A stretch of DNA of 64,000 bases. Origin: an uncultured Gammaproteobacteria bacterium (GTDB taxonomy: Bacteria; Patescibacteriota; Microgenomatia; UBA8517). This document shows positions 32,287 through 41,620 of the stretch, in pieces (positions within the stretch are counted from its first letter, which is position 1; every line of letters begins with the position of its first letter). A program made the translations under genes and the position numbers. The notes beneath the pieces are model-generated. The model saw only the letters and a list, made by a program, of their open reading frames with translations, was not told the DNA's origin and searched no databases. The stretch spans positions 7,169-71,168 of the forward strand of contig CAZIPM010000006.1 in assembly GCA_964541395.1 (NCBI GenBank), read 5' to 3'.

Positions 32287-32389
32287 TGTGAAGAGAGGAT
32301 AATGGAAGTGAACGAGGCGAGTATTCAGTATATTAACTGATTACTAAGTTTAAATTTACAAGGAATCCAGCAATTTTAAACTAAAACTT

Positions 32390-33298
32390 ATGTTAAACTT
32401 AATATATAAAGATATGTCAACTAAAGGTCCTGTTACACCAAAAGGTTTTGGAGATATAAAGCCTGAAGGGGCTAAATCTCGTCGTGCTTTTATAAACAAA
32501 GTTGTACCAATTTTGGAAGAAGCCGGATTTCAACCACTTGAAACACCAACAGTCGAATTTGCTGAAACACTTTTGGGTAAGTATGGAGAAGAAGAAAAAC
32601 TGATTTACCAATTTGAGGACAAAGGTGGGAGAAAGTTAGCTCTCAGGTATGATTTAACTGTACCATTGGCTAGGTTTGTGGCTAATAATTTAGGATTACT
32701 CTCCCCTACATTTTCGAGATACCAAATTGGTCAGGTATTCCGTGGTGAAAACCCCCAAAAGGGAAGGAAGCGAGAGTTTACTCAATTTGATTTTGACACG
32801 GTAGGTTCTGAAGATACGTTAGTAGACGTAAAAGTGATTATAACTACACTTAAATGTAGCCGTGTAGCTGGTCTTAACACAGCAATCTTACAAATAAATG
32901 ACCGTGAAGTATTTGATAATGCAGGTTGCACTCCCGAACAGATTTCTGCAATAGATAAAATGGATAAAATTGGACGCGAGGAGGTTGAGAAAACAGTCCC
33001 CAATCTAAATGAGATTATTAACAGTCCAAAACCAAAAAGACTGGCTGAAATCTTCAATATTTTAAAAGATAAAGGATTCGTTGAAAATACGGATTATATT
33101 TATAATCCCTGTTTAGCACGGGGTTTAAATTATTATACCTCAACAATTTTTGAATTAAAACTAGATAAAACACCAAATGGTTTGTCAATCGGTGGTGGAG
33201 GGAGATACGACAATTTAATAGGTGTGTTTGCAGGAAAAAAGATACCTGCTGTTGGATTTTCTTTCGGACTTGATAGAATAGTTGAACTAACACAATGA
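32390..33298 (+). CDS. hisS: class II histidyl-tRNA synthetase catalytic core (HisRS/HisZ-like), no anticodon-binding domain
   Basis: 302 aa. HisRS motifs 1-3 and the His-binding regions (GGGGRYDNL, GFSFGLDRI) are present, but the protein ends right after the catalytic domain. Confidence 0.7.
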   Translation: MLNLIYKDMSTKGPVTPKGFGDIKPEGAKSRRAFINKVVPILEEAGFQPLETPTVEFAETLLGKYGEEEKLIYQFEDKGGRKLALRYDLTVPLARFVANNLGLLSPTFSRYQIGQVFRGENPQKGRKREFTQFDFDTVGSEDTLVDVKVIITTLKCSRVAGLNTAILQINDREVFDNAGCTPEQISAIDKMDKIGREEVEKTVPNLNEIINSPKPKRLAEIFNILKDKGFVENTDYIYNPCLARGLNYYTSTIFELKLDKTPNGLSIGGGGRYDNLIGVFAGKKIPAVGFSFGLDRIVELTQ

Positions 33299-34203
33299 AC
33301 CCTGCCAGACTGCGAGCTTATCTTATGTTGTTGGTTGTTGCCGTTATTTGGGGAATTGCAACACCTATTATTAAATACACCCTTGAAGGATTCTCCCCCG
33401 TTATCTTTTTGACTTACAGATTTGGAATTTCTACAGTCATTGCAATAGTCATTTTTGCAGTTACACGTGATCACTTTTCCAAAAACTGGAAGCTATTAGT
33501 ACTTATTTTAATACACGCTTTTTTAAATTCTGTGGTTTCACTCGGACTTTTATTTTTCGGAATGGAAAACACAACTGTTTTAGAAACTAGCTTAATAACT
33601 TTAACTATGCCACTTATAATATCTACTGCTGGAGTTTATTTTTTACATGAACACATTACCAAAAGAGAAAGGGTTGGGATGGGAATAGCAATACTTGGAA
33701 CACTTCTGACTATAATCGAACCTTTAATCAACAACGGTCACAACATGATAAAACTATCAGGTAATATTTTAGTTTTTGGTTATGTTATATCGTCTGTGGT
33801 TACCACTATTATTGCCAAAAAGATATTAAAAGATGGTGCAAATCCTATGACAATGTCCAACATATCTTTTATCCTTGGATTTATTTTTTTCCTGCCTTTT
33901 GCCCTAAAAACTGAAGGATTTACGGTTTCTTCATTGATGGCAGTCCCATTAAGCTATCATTTGGGTGTAATCTATATGGCAGTGTTATCAGGAACTTTAG
34001 CTTTTTACCTTGGAAATAGAGCCCAAAAGACAATTGAAATTGGAGAACAGTCTTTATTTTCATATCTCTACCCTATTTTTGCTCTCCCTCTGGCTGTCTT
34101 CTGGTTGGGGGAAAAAGTCACTCCTACTTTTATTGTTGGAGGCATAATAATTACCATAGGAGTAGTTATTGCCGAAATCAAGAAGAAAAGATATAATACC
34201 TGA
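33295..34203 (+). CDS. EamA/DMT-superfamily transporter (10 TM)
   Basis: 302 aa with two EamA-like halves; start overlaps the hisS stop. Confidence 0.8.
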   Translation: MNPARLRAYLMLLVVAVIWGIATPIIKYTLEGFSPVIFLTYRFGISTVIAIVIFAVTRDHFSKNWKLLVLILIHAFLNSVVSLGLLFFGMENTTVLETSLITLTMPLIISTAGVYFLHEHITKRERVGMGIAILGTLLTIIEPLINNGHNMIKLSGNILVFGYVISSVVTTIIAKKILKDGANPMTMSNISFILGFIFFLPFALKTEGFTVSSLMAVPLSYHLGVIYMAVLSGTLAFYLGNRAQKTIEIGEQSLFSYLYPIFALPLAVFWLGEKVTPTFIVGGIIITIGVVIAEIKKKRYNT

Positions 34204-34206
34204 GTC

Positions 34207-34401
34207 ATGGCAGATCCTGAAATTAGGCCATATTTGCTAGCATCAGGGTTAACTGCTGAACAAGAGAGAGATTTTGAAATTTTTAAATCTTGGATAGCTG
34301 AAGTTGCCCTAAAAGGAGACACTGAAAAAGCTAAAATTTGGATGTCGTTGTTAGCTAGTAACAGAAGCGTAGAAAGGAAAATGAATTTACGTTCAAATTA
34401 A
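34207..34401 (+). CDS. hypothetical protein
   Basis: 64-aa ORF between the transporter and rpmE. Confidence 0.25.
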   Translation: MADPEIRPYLLASGLTAEQERDFEIFKSWIAEVALKGDTEKAKIWMSLLASNRSVERKMNLRSN

Positions 34402-34406
34402 GAATA

Positions 34407-34730
34407 ATGAATACAGCAATACACCCTAAATGGTTTAGCGACTGCAAAGTCACCTGCGCCTGTGGAAATACATTCACAGTTGGTGCTACCGTTCCTACAA
34501 TTCAGGTTGAAGTTTGTTCCAATTGTCATCCTTTCTATACTGGTCAGATGAAGTATTTAGACACAGCGGGACGTGTTGAAGCATTTAAAGCCAGATTGGC
34601 GGGTGCATCCAAAAAAGCAGTCAGTAAAACAGATAAAAGAAAGTTGAAAAGAGAAAAGAAACTTCAGGAAGAATTATCCCGACCTGAAACTTTGGAAGAA
34701 GTCAGAAAACAAGTCAAAAAAGCAAAATAG
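34407..34730 (+). CDS. rpmE: 50S ribosomal protein L31 (Zn-ribbon type) with Lys-rich C-terminal extension
   Basis: 107 aa. CxxC...CxxC ([16 protein letters not shown]) and GRVEAF are present. A roughly 35-aa basic extension follows the L31 core. Confidence 0.8.
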   Translation: MNTAIHPKWFSDCKVTCACGNTFTVGATVPTIQVEVCSNCHPFYTGQMKYLDTAGRVEAFKARLAGASKKAVSKTDKRKLKREKKLQEELSRPETLEEVRKQVKKAK

Positions 34731-34737
34731 CCCATAC

Positions 34738-35439
34738 ATGGACAACAACTCCCCTCAAACGGTATATCTGGAAACACGTGGCGCAACCGGTGGTGATGAA
34801 GCTAAAATTTGGGCTTCTGACCTTGCCAGAATGTATTTGCGTTATGCTACCAAAAAAGGATGGAAAACATCACCTATTGATGATGGTGTTTTAAAAATTA
34901 AAGGAATAGGTGTTTGGGATGAACTTAAAAATGAATCAGGAGTACATAGAGTTCAAAGAGTACCAAAAACAGAAAAAAGAGGAAGAATTCATACCTCAAC
35001 TGCTACAGTAGTTGTTTTACCTGAAGTCAAAGAGACTGATGTCACAATTAATCCTGTTGATCTAGAATGGCAGTTTACCAGGGCAGGAGGACACGGAGGA
35101 CAAAATGTCAATAAAGTTTCAACTGCAGTTAGATTGTTACACAAGCCTTCAGGTATCGTTGTCCAGTCAAGAGAAGAAAGATTTCAGGAACAAAATAGGA
35201 TAATTGCACTATCACTTCTTAGATCATTATTATGGGAAAAACAGGAAGAGGAGAAAGTTAAAACTATTGCAGGCTACAGATCTGTTATTGGAAAAGGGAT
35301 GAGGTCTGAAAAGATAAGAACCTACAACTTCCCGCAAGACAGATTGACTGACCACAGATTAGGAAAATCTTGGGGTAATTTAGAAGTTATTGTAGAAGGA
35401 AATCTAGAAAAGATATTAGAACTAACAAAAAGTATTTAA
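34738..35439 (+). CDS. prfA: class I peptide chain release factor, RF1-like (PKT tripeptide and GGQ), lacking the N-terminal domain
   Basis: 233 aa. Starts at the domain-2 region ([11 protein letters not shown]). Has PKT, which corresponds to PxT of RF1, then GGQ ([10 protein letters not shown]) and a C-terminal [14 protein letters not shown]. Confidence 0.8.
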   Translation: MDNNSPQTVYLETRGATGGDEAKIWASDLARMYLRYATKKGWKTSPIDDGVLKIKGIGVWDELKNESGVHRVQRVPKTEKRGRIHTSTATVVVLPEVKETDVTINPVDLEWQFTRAGGHGGQNVNKVSTAVRLLHKPSGIVVQSREERFQEQNRIIALSLLRSLLWEKQEEEKVKTIAGYRSVIGKGMRSEKIRTYNFPQDRLTDHRLGKSWGNLEVIVEGNLEKILELTKSI

Positions 35440-35753
35440 AAGTGTAGATTTAATCCTCGATCTAAGTCAAGTTTTCTTCTAACAATATTTGAAGCTTCAT
35501 GAATTACCATTGCTTCTTCGTCAAGAGCTAAAGAAACAGGGTCAGTTGGATTTTCCATGTCCCAAGCTTTTTCTGGATAATTTGCTTCATTAAAATCGCG
35601 ACCATTAGCTTCAATGATTGCCGCTTTACACCCTAAACTGTCAGCAGACGTTCTAAGTAATCTAATAGTTTCTCTGGCTATTTTTGGATCACCACCTGTC
35701 GCTTCAATTATTTGATTGGCTAAATCTTCTGCTCTTTCACTATAAGAAGACAT
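35436..35753 (-). CDS. hypothetical protein
   Basis: 105-aa ORF. Confidence 0.3.
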   Translation of the reverse strand: MSSYSERAEDLANQIIEATGGDPKIARETIRLLRTSADSLGCKAAIIEANGRDFNEANYPEKAWDMENPTDPVSLALDEEAMVIHEASNIVRRKLDLDRGLNLHF

Positions 35754-35956
35754 TATTGAATTTCCTTTCCTGCAGTATCAAGCCTATATTCAAGTAGTTT
35801 TGAAAGCCTTTTAATTTCGGCATTTGCTAGTTGGGCTTCATCAGCAGTCCCTGTTCCGTTTCTTGTATCCTCAACTCTACCCACATTTGCATGAATCTCA
35901 CGTCTAATTTGGTTTGAGTCATCCTGCATTAGGTCATTCAAACTTATAGTTGTCAT
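35753..35956 (-). CDS. hypothetical protein
   Basis: 67-aa ORF overlapping the downstream ORF by 1 nt. Confidence 0.25.
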   Translation of the reverse strand: MTTISLNDLMQDDSNQIRREIHANVGRVEDTRNGTGTADEAQLANAEIKRLSKLLEYRLDTAGKEIQ

Positions 35957-36105
35957 TATATATAAATTGCATTATATACCCACCATCATTTAAAAATCAA
36001 TCTGATTTTAATTTGGATATATTTGACATACATAATCTTAAATACTACATATCCCTCAAATGATGACTGAAAATGGTTATAATGGAAAAATGGTAGCAGA
36101 TTCTC

Positions 36106-37251
36106 TTACTCAGTAAATTCAGATAAAGTTGTTGAAAGATTTTGTGTGTCTCCATTTCTGTAAATCACCAAATCAATTTTATCCCCTATTTTTTTACTTT
36201 TTATGATTTCCGATAAATCATTTTGATCTTTTAATTCTTTGCCGTCTATTTTTGTAATAATATCATCCGCTTTAATTCCCGCACTTTCTGCAGGAGATCC
36301 AAGCATTATTTCAACTACATAAGCTCCTTGTGGAATATCATTTAAAACGGCTGACTGTTTGGAAATCATTTCATATCTCACTCCCAGATATGCTCTGCCT
36401 ATAAATCTGCCGTTGGCTTTAAACTGATCAAGTGAACTTTTAACTACATTAATAGGTATGGCAAATCCTATATTCTCAGCACCTTGTGCAACTGCTACAT
36501 TAACGGCAATTACTTGACCTGCTGAATTTAATAGAGGGCCACCGGAATTTCCCGGATTTATGGCCGCATCGGTTTGGATAACATCATCCAGTTTTTCGAC
36601 AAATCCTTCAAAAGCTGATCCGGCAGTTATTCCACGTCCCAAACCTGATATAACACCTGTAGTAACTGTATGTCTAAATTCTCCCAATGCGGTTCCAATA
36701 GCTACTACAAATTGTCCTACTTTTAAATTCGATGAATCACCTAAATTAAGTGGAGTCAAGCCATTGGCATCAATTTTAATAACTGCAATATCATTTGCAG
36801 GATCCCTATTGATTGAAACTACGTCATATTCTTTGTCATCACTGGTTATGACTTTATAAGTTCCTGCTGAATTTGAAACAACATGTTTATTGGTAACTAT
36901 AAGTCCATCTTCAGAAACAATAAATCCCGTACCTATATCATTTGGCGTTCCACCTTCAAGTCTCTGATTTAATCCTCCAAATGGATTAAATTCCAAAACT
37001 CTTCTTTGGGGAACTTGAATTGAAATTGTAACCACTGAAGGTGATGATTTCTCAGCAATATCAATAACAGCCGATTCTTCTTTTATTAATTTCTGTTCCA
37101 AAACAGCTGTACTTCTCTTAATGGGTAAAAACTTATCCAAAAAGTTTATGGATACTAACCTATCAACAACAACTCCCCCTATAAAAAGGCTAAAAGCTAC
37201 CGCAAATAATAAAAACAATTTTAAAATTATCGGATTTCTAAGTTTTAACAT
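36106..37251 (-). CDS. htrA: HtrA/DegP-family periplasmic serine protease with PDZ domain
   Basis: 381 aa. N-terminal TM, catalytic-triad regions (TNKHVV; GNSGGPLLN), C-terminal PDZ. Confidence 0.9.
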   Translation of the reverse strand: MLKLRNPIILKLFLLFAVAFSLFIGGVVVDRLVSINFLDKFLPIKRSTAVLEQKLIKEESAVIDIAEKSSPSVVTISIQVPQRRVLEFNPFGGLNQRLEGGTPNDIGTGFIVSEDGLIVTNKHVVSNSAGTYKVITSDDKEYDVVSINRDPANDIAVIKIDANGLTPLNLGDSSNLKVGQFVVAIGTALGEFRHTVTTGVISGLGRGITAGSAFEGFVEKLDDVIQTDAAINPGNSGGPLLNSAGQVIAVNVAVAQGAENIGFAIPINVVKSSLDQFKANGRFIGRAYLGVRYEMISKQSAVLNDIPQGAYVVEIMLGSPAESAGIKADDIITKIDGKELKDQNDLSEIIKSKKIGDKIDLVIYRNGDTQNLSTTLSEFTE

Positions 37252-37360
37252 CTGTTTAGATTATTATAACAGTTTCACCAAAACCGCGAACCTGATATGT
37301 TAATTGTTGATTATCATAATACAAACTTAAAAATAGCTTAAAAGTAAAAGCTAACTGAAT

Positions 37361-38608
37361 TTATTTTAAAAGCTCAATGGCTTTTTGTAACTGTTCGTCT
37401 TCTTCAGTTTCTGTATTGTCTTCAATAACAACATCCGGTTCCAATCCCTTTTCATTAACCCAAGTTTCATTAGGTGTCAGCCATCTGGCCGTTGTAATAT
37501 GTAGTCCTGCACCTTTATCCAGTTGCATAGGCTCCTGAATTGTTCCCTTACCAAACGTTTTCTGCCCTATCAATTTAATTGATTTGATATCTCTTAAGGC
37601 ACCGGCTAAAATTTCGGATGCTGAAGCGCTGCCCTCGTTTACCAAAATGACTGTTTTTGTATTTTGAAATGAACCAATTCCTTCAGACTTAAAGTTAGTC
37701 TTAACACCGCTTCTGTCTTCAATAACTATTGTGGTACCGCTTTTAACAAATTCAGAAGCTAAATCAACTGAAGCCTGTAAATATCCGCCTGGATTATTTC
37801 TTAAATCAATAATTAATCCTTTTACATTTTTATTAGCATTAACTTCATTAACGGCTTTTTTCCATTCTGCTTTGGTTTCGGCTCCGAACTTCAATACCTT
37901 AAAGTGGGCAATGCTCTTGTTTTCACCAGTAAATTCCAAAACAACAGACGGAACATCAAGTTTTTTTCTTTCAATCTCAATTTTTAATGGTTCATCTGAA
38001 CTATCCCGCAGAATAACCAAAGTGACTTTAGTGCCTGCTTTACCACGGATCAGTTTGACTGCATCCGTTAAACTAATACCTACTGTTCCTCTGTCAATTT
38101 TATTCGCTTCATCTAAAATTCCAACTATAAAATCTCCCGCTTTTACACCCGCCTCTTCTGCAGGTGATTTAGGAAGTGGAGCAATAACAGCTAACTGCTT
38201 TCCTTTAAAACCTATCTGAATACCAACACCTTCAAACGAACCCGATAAATCTTCTTCAACAACTTTATTTTCTTCGGGTAAAAGGAATGAAGTATATGGA
38301 TCACCAACTGCTCCCACCATACCTGAAATGGCACCATAAACCATGGCGGCAGGATTTATTTTGGATTTATCATAGTAATTGGCTTCAAGAGTATCCCAAA
38401 CTCTCCAAAAAAGGTTAAAATCCACATCACTTCTGTTTGCAGGTGTTTGACGCTCAATCTCAATTTTAGGAAAAGACCCTGCCTCCAATCTGAATCCTTT
38501 TGCTCCTAGGCTGTAGCCTGAAACAAAAATAGCTCCGACTACTATTGAATAAAGTAAAATTTTTCTGACCAATGATATATTAATTCTGGGCATATTGTGA
38601 TTACTCAT
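37361..38608 (-). CDS. ctpA: carboxy-terminal processing protease (S41 family, CtpA-like) with PDZ domain
   Basis: 415 aa. TM anchor, PDZ, S41 core (IDLRNNPGGYL; tail-specific protease signature). Confidence 0.85.
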   Translation of the reverse strand: MSNHNMPRINISLVRKILLYSIVVGAIFVSGYSLGAKGFRLEAGSFPKIEIERQTPANRSDVDFNLFWRVWDTLEANYYDKSKINPAAMVYGAISGMVGAVGDPYTSFLLPEENKVVEEDLSGSFEGVGIQIGFKGKQLAVIAPLPKSPAEEAGVKAGDFIVGILDEANKIDRGTVGISLTDAVKLIRGKAGTKVTLVILRDSSDEPLKIEIERKKLDVPSVVLEFTGENKSIAHFKVLKFGAETKAEWKKAVNEVNANKNVKGLIIDLRNNPGGYLQASVDLASEFVKSGTTIVIEDRSGVKTNFKSEGIGSFQNTKTVILVNEGSASASEILAGALRDIKSIKLIGQKTFGKGTIQEPMQLDKGAGLHITTARWLTPNETWVNEKGLEPDVVIEDNTETEEDEQLQKAIELLK

Positions 38609-38623
38609 AGTGAAAATACTACC

Positions 38624-38878
38624 TCATGAAATACTTCCTGTGAAGGGCAAGAGCGCTAAATGTCTTGCTCTTTTAACTTCAGAGGCCAACATTCTTTGAT
38701 GTCTCGCGCAGTTACCTGATCTTTCCCTGTTAAAAATCCTCCCACGGTCAGAGACAAACTTTACCATGTCTTCAGATTGCTTATAAGAGGGGTTTGTTTT
38801 TGCTTCGCAAAACAGACAATTGACTGATAATGGTCTTACTTTGATTATCTTTCTTTTAGCTTTTTGTTTTTTTGCCAT
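38624..38878 (-). CDS. rpsR: 30S ribosomal protein S18
   Basis: 84 aa; conserved S18 core (FCEAKTNPSYK...RHQRMLASEVKRARHLALLP). Confidence 0.9.
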   Translation of the reverse strand: MAKKQKAKRKIIKVRPLSVNCLFCEAKTNPSYKQSEDMVKFVSDRGRIFNRERSGNCARHQRMLASEVKRARHLALLPFTGSIS

Positions 38879-38909
38879 GTTTATTGTTTTTTAATTAGAT
38901 TACTATTAT

Positions 38910-39416
38910 TTAGAATGGAATATCATCTCCAGCCGGTTCTTCTGCTTTTTGTTCTTCTTTTTTACTCTTGCTACTTTTGATTGCAACAGGTTTTGATTTT
39001 TCTTCAACTACTTGGTTGACATCAAAATCGTCAGGAATGTTAAATTCATCAGGTGCTGAAACAACATCTGTTCCAGATCCGGCTCCTTTACTATCTAAAA
39101 GAATCATATCCGAAATTACAATTTCTGTGGTATATCTGGTCTGTCCATCCTGTCCCTGCCAGGATCTTGTCTGGATTCTGCCTTCAACGTAGACTTTTCT
39201 GCCTTTTTTAAGTAAGTTGGCGCATATTTCTGCTAATTTACTCCAGGCTACACACCTGTGGAAATCAGCTTCATCTTTCTTTTCTCCCTGATCAGTAGTC
39301 CACTGTCTGTTGGTGGCGATTGAAAAAGTAACAACTGCAGTACCTGTAGGTGTATATTTCATCTCAGGATCTCTTGTTAGATTACCTATCAGTTGGACTT
39401 TATTTAAACTTTTCAT
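38910..39416 (-). CDS. ssb: single-stranded DNA-binding protein
   Basis: 168 aa. OB-fold N-terminus (LNKVQLIGNLTRDPE) and an acidic C-terminal tail ending DDIPF. Confidence 0.9.
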   Translation of the reverse strand: MKSLNKVQLIGNLTRDPEMKYTPTGTAVVTFSIATNRQWTTDQGEKKDEADFHRCVAWSKLAEICANLLKKGRKVYVEGRIQTRSWQGQDGQTRYTTEIVISDMILLDSKGAGSGTDVVSAPDEFNIPDDFDVNQVVEEKSKPVAIKSSKSKKEEQKAEEPAGDDIPF

Positions 39417-39429
39417 TATTTTTAACTTT

Positions 39430-39711
39430 TTATTCCTTCACTACTAAAAACCTGATTATATTTTCTTCCATCTTCAGTTTATTGTCCAGTTGTTTTACAA
39501 AAGAGGGTTCGATAGACAAAGTAAAAAATATATATGATCCTGTGGTGTTCTTGCCGATTTTGTAAGCCAAGTCTTTTACTCCCCACTCTGAAACCTTTCC
39601 CAATTTTCCTTTTCCAAGTTCAATTACTTTTTCTATAGTTTTGGTTACGGCAGTTTTTTTAGCTGCGGTTGCTTTACCGTCCAAAACAACTGTCAATTCA
39701 TAATTGTGCAT
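39430..39711 (-). CDS. rpsF: 30S ribosomal protein S6
   Basis: 93 aa. N-terminus MHNYELTVVL is the typical S6 start; classic rpsF-ssb-rpsR cluster. Confidence 0.9.
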   Translation of the reverse strand: MHNYELTVVLDGKATAAKKTAVTKTIEKVIELGKGKLGKVSEWGVKDLAYKIGKNTTGSYIFFTLSIEPSFVKQLDNKLKMEENIIRFLVVKE

Positions 39712-39770
39712 ATTGGCAAGTATATCACGATCAAGTTGATATCTTCAATAGAAAAAACTACAATTCCGCA

Positions 39771-39986
39771 ATGAAGAATCTGGAGTGTTTTACCGGCTGT
39801 CCATATAATTTTTTATGTGGTGATCAAGTAAAGTTTCATCTTGAAGATGATTGCAAAGAAAACATCAAAACCTCAGTCCCTGGGGCGAAAGAAGTAGTTT
39901 TTGCAACCAGAATGACTGTTCATGTTTTAAAGGAAGGAACACGTATTAAAACCATTTCAGGTGGCTATATACTAGATCATTATTAA
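39771..39986 (+). CDS. possible small Cys-containing hypothetical protein (71 aa)
   Basis: Internal ATG of the 39669..39986 track ORF that avoids overlap with rpsF; CxxC-like spacing (CFTGCPYNFLC); no clear RBS. Confidence 0.2.
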   Translation: MKNLECFTGCPYNFLCGDQVKFHLEDDCKENIKTSVPGAKEVVFATRMTVHVLKEGTRIKTISGGYILDHY

Positions 39987-40123
39987 TTCAATAGCATTAT
40001 TCTCTTAACTTTGATCCAACTAAGTCTGTTATGATATCAAAAGGATAAGTTTAATTAAAAAATTGCTTAGTAATCTTAGTTGACTAGTTTGACAAAAACA
40101 AATTGAGGTTTAAGATTAGATAA

Positions 40124-40339
40124 ATGGCCAGTGACAGATTATCCCACCCGTTACTTCCTGATGGAAAAGTAATTAAATACAGTGAAAAAGATTTAGAAGA
40201 AGCAAAAAGATTTTCAGTTGAATTAATGGGATCATTGTTAGAAAAATTAGAACCTCAAGACAGAATGAATATAGTGAATTTTGCCAATCAATCCGGTCAT
40301 TCAGATTATTTACCAGTTAAATTTAGGGTTCAATCATAA
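40124..40339 (+). CDS. hypothetical protein
   Basis: 71-aa ORF. Confidence 0.3.
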   Translation: MASDRLSHPLLPDGKVIKYSEKDLEEAKRFSVELMGSLLEKLEPQDRMNIVNFANQSGHSDYLPVKFRVQS

Positions 40340-40374
40340 TCTTAAATATATTCTATAATTTATGCTAATGTTAA

Positions 40375-40587
40375 ATGATGGTCGATATTGATTTACAAAC
40401 AATGGTTGTTGAACTAAGACGTGAGGCAACGGATCAGATTCTAGAGGATCCAACTTCTGCTTATGCGAAGTTGGATGAGGCTAACACATTAGTCAGAGTA
40501 TTGGTAAAACTTAATGGACATACTTTTATAAATACGATTGGTAATAATTTGATAGATACCGAAGCCAAAGTTAGCCTAACAGATTAA
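40375..40587 (+). CDS. hypothetical protein
   Basis: 70-aa ORF co-directional with the preceding small ORF. Confidence 0.3.
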   Translation: MMVDIDLQTMVVELRREATDQILEDPTSAYAKLDEANTLVRVLVKLNGHTFINTIGNNLIDTEAKVSLTD

Positions 40588-40593
40588 CAGTAT

Positions 40594-41589
40594 TTAACTT
40601 CCTATTTTAAATTCAATTACATCCCCATCTTTTACAACATAATCTCTTCCTTCGCTTCTTACTTTTCCATTCTCACGTGCATTTTTCCAACCATTATTTG
40701 ATGTAAATTCATCAAAACTACAAACGTCTGCTTTAATAAATTTGGCCATGAAGTCAGTATGGATAACTCCTGAAGCCTCCTGGGCTGAAAAACCATCAGT
40801 AATAGTCCAAGCCCTAACCTCTTTCTCTCCTGCCGTTAAAAATGTTATTAGTCCTAAGGTTTTAAATGCTTTTTTAATCAGTCTTTCCAAACCCGAGTTT
40901 TCAACACCCAGTTCTTTTAAGTAGGTTTTTTGATCTTCTTCTGATAAATCTGAAAGTTCTGATTCTACTTTGGCGGATATTGCTACCAGTTGGTCGTTCT
41001 CAAGACCTAATTCCTTGGAATACTTTTCCTCCAATTCTTCTGCATTTTTTAACGCATTCTCGTCTATGTTTATAACAACAAGAATGGGTTTTTTTGCGAA
41101 AAGAGGTAATATTTCAGCATTAGGATTTTTCTTTTTCTCATGTTTTTCGGTCATTTCCAAATCAGCAATGTCAAGTTCTGTTTTAATAGTTTCAAAATCA
41201 TCTTTGGGAGATATTACCCCTTGTTTGATGATATCAGGATCAGAAAATGCACGAACTACATGACAAATGGCATCTACCTCTCTGATGTGTGACAAAAATT
41301 TATTTCCAAGTCCTTCACCTTTACTGGCACCTGCAATAAGTCCTGCAATATCTACAAATTCTACAGTTGCGGGAACTTCTGGAGGAAGAAAGGAAAGTTT
41401 TTCAGACTCTTTAACAGTCTCAGATAATCCCTTAAGCCTTTCATCAGGTACGGGTACAATTCCAATGTTGGGTTCTATGGTAGCAAATGGGAAATTAGCC
41501 ACATATGCTTGTTGTTTTTTAAGTAATGCATTAAAAAGTGTAGATTTACCTACATTTGGAAGACCCACAATCCCTACAGAAAGTGCCAT
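40594..41589 (-). CDS. ychF: ribosome-binding ATPase YchF (Obg-family GTPase fold)
   Basis: 331 aa. G1 GLPNVGKST, N-terminal YchF signature, C-terminal TGS domain (GDVIEFK). Confidence 0.9.
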   Translation of the reverse strand: MALSVGIVGLPNVGKSTLFNALLKKQQAYVANFPFATIEPNIGIVPVPDERLKGLSETVKESEKLSFLPPEVPATVEFVDIAGLIAGASKGEGLGNKFLSHIREVDAICHVVRAFSDPDIIKQGVISPKDDFETIKTELDIADLEMTEKHEKKKNPNAEILPLFAKKPILVVINIDENALKNAEELEEKYSKELGLENDQLVAISAKVESELSDLSEEDQKTYLKELGVENSGLERLIKKAFKTLGLITFLTAGEKEVRAWTITDGFSAQEASGVIHTDFMAKFIKADVCSFDEFTSNNGWKNARENGKVRSEGRDYVVKDGDVIEFKIGS

Positions 41590-41620
41590 ATTGAATGTAT
41601 TTTATCATATTTATCTATTT

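Noticed and set aside
34407-35439. Programmed +1 frameshift of prfB
   Set aside because: The release factor carries a PKT (RF1-type PxT) tripeptide rather than the RF2 SPF, and it starts with its own ATG 7 nt after the rpmE stop; there is no CUU UGA frameshift window.
39669-39770. Upstream part of track ORF 39669..39986 (+) overlapping the rpsF start
   Set aside because: The extension overlaps the S6 5' end antisense and has no RBS; only the internal ATG at 39771 was kept, at low confidence.
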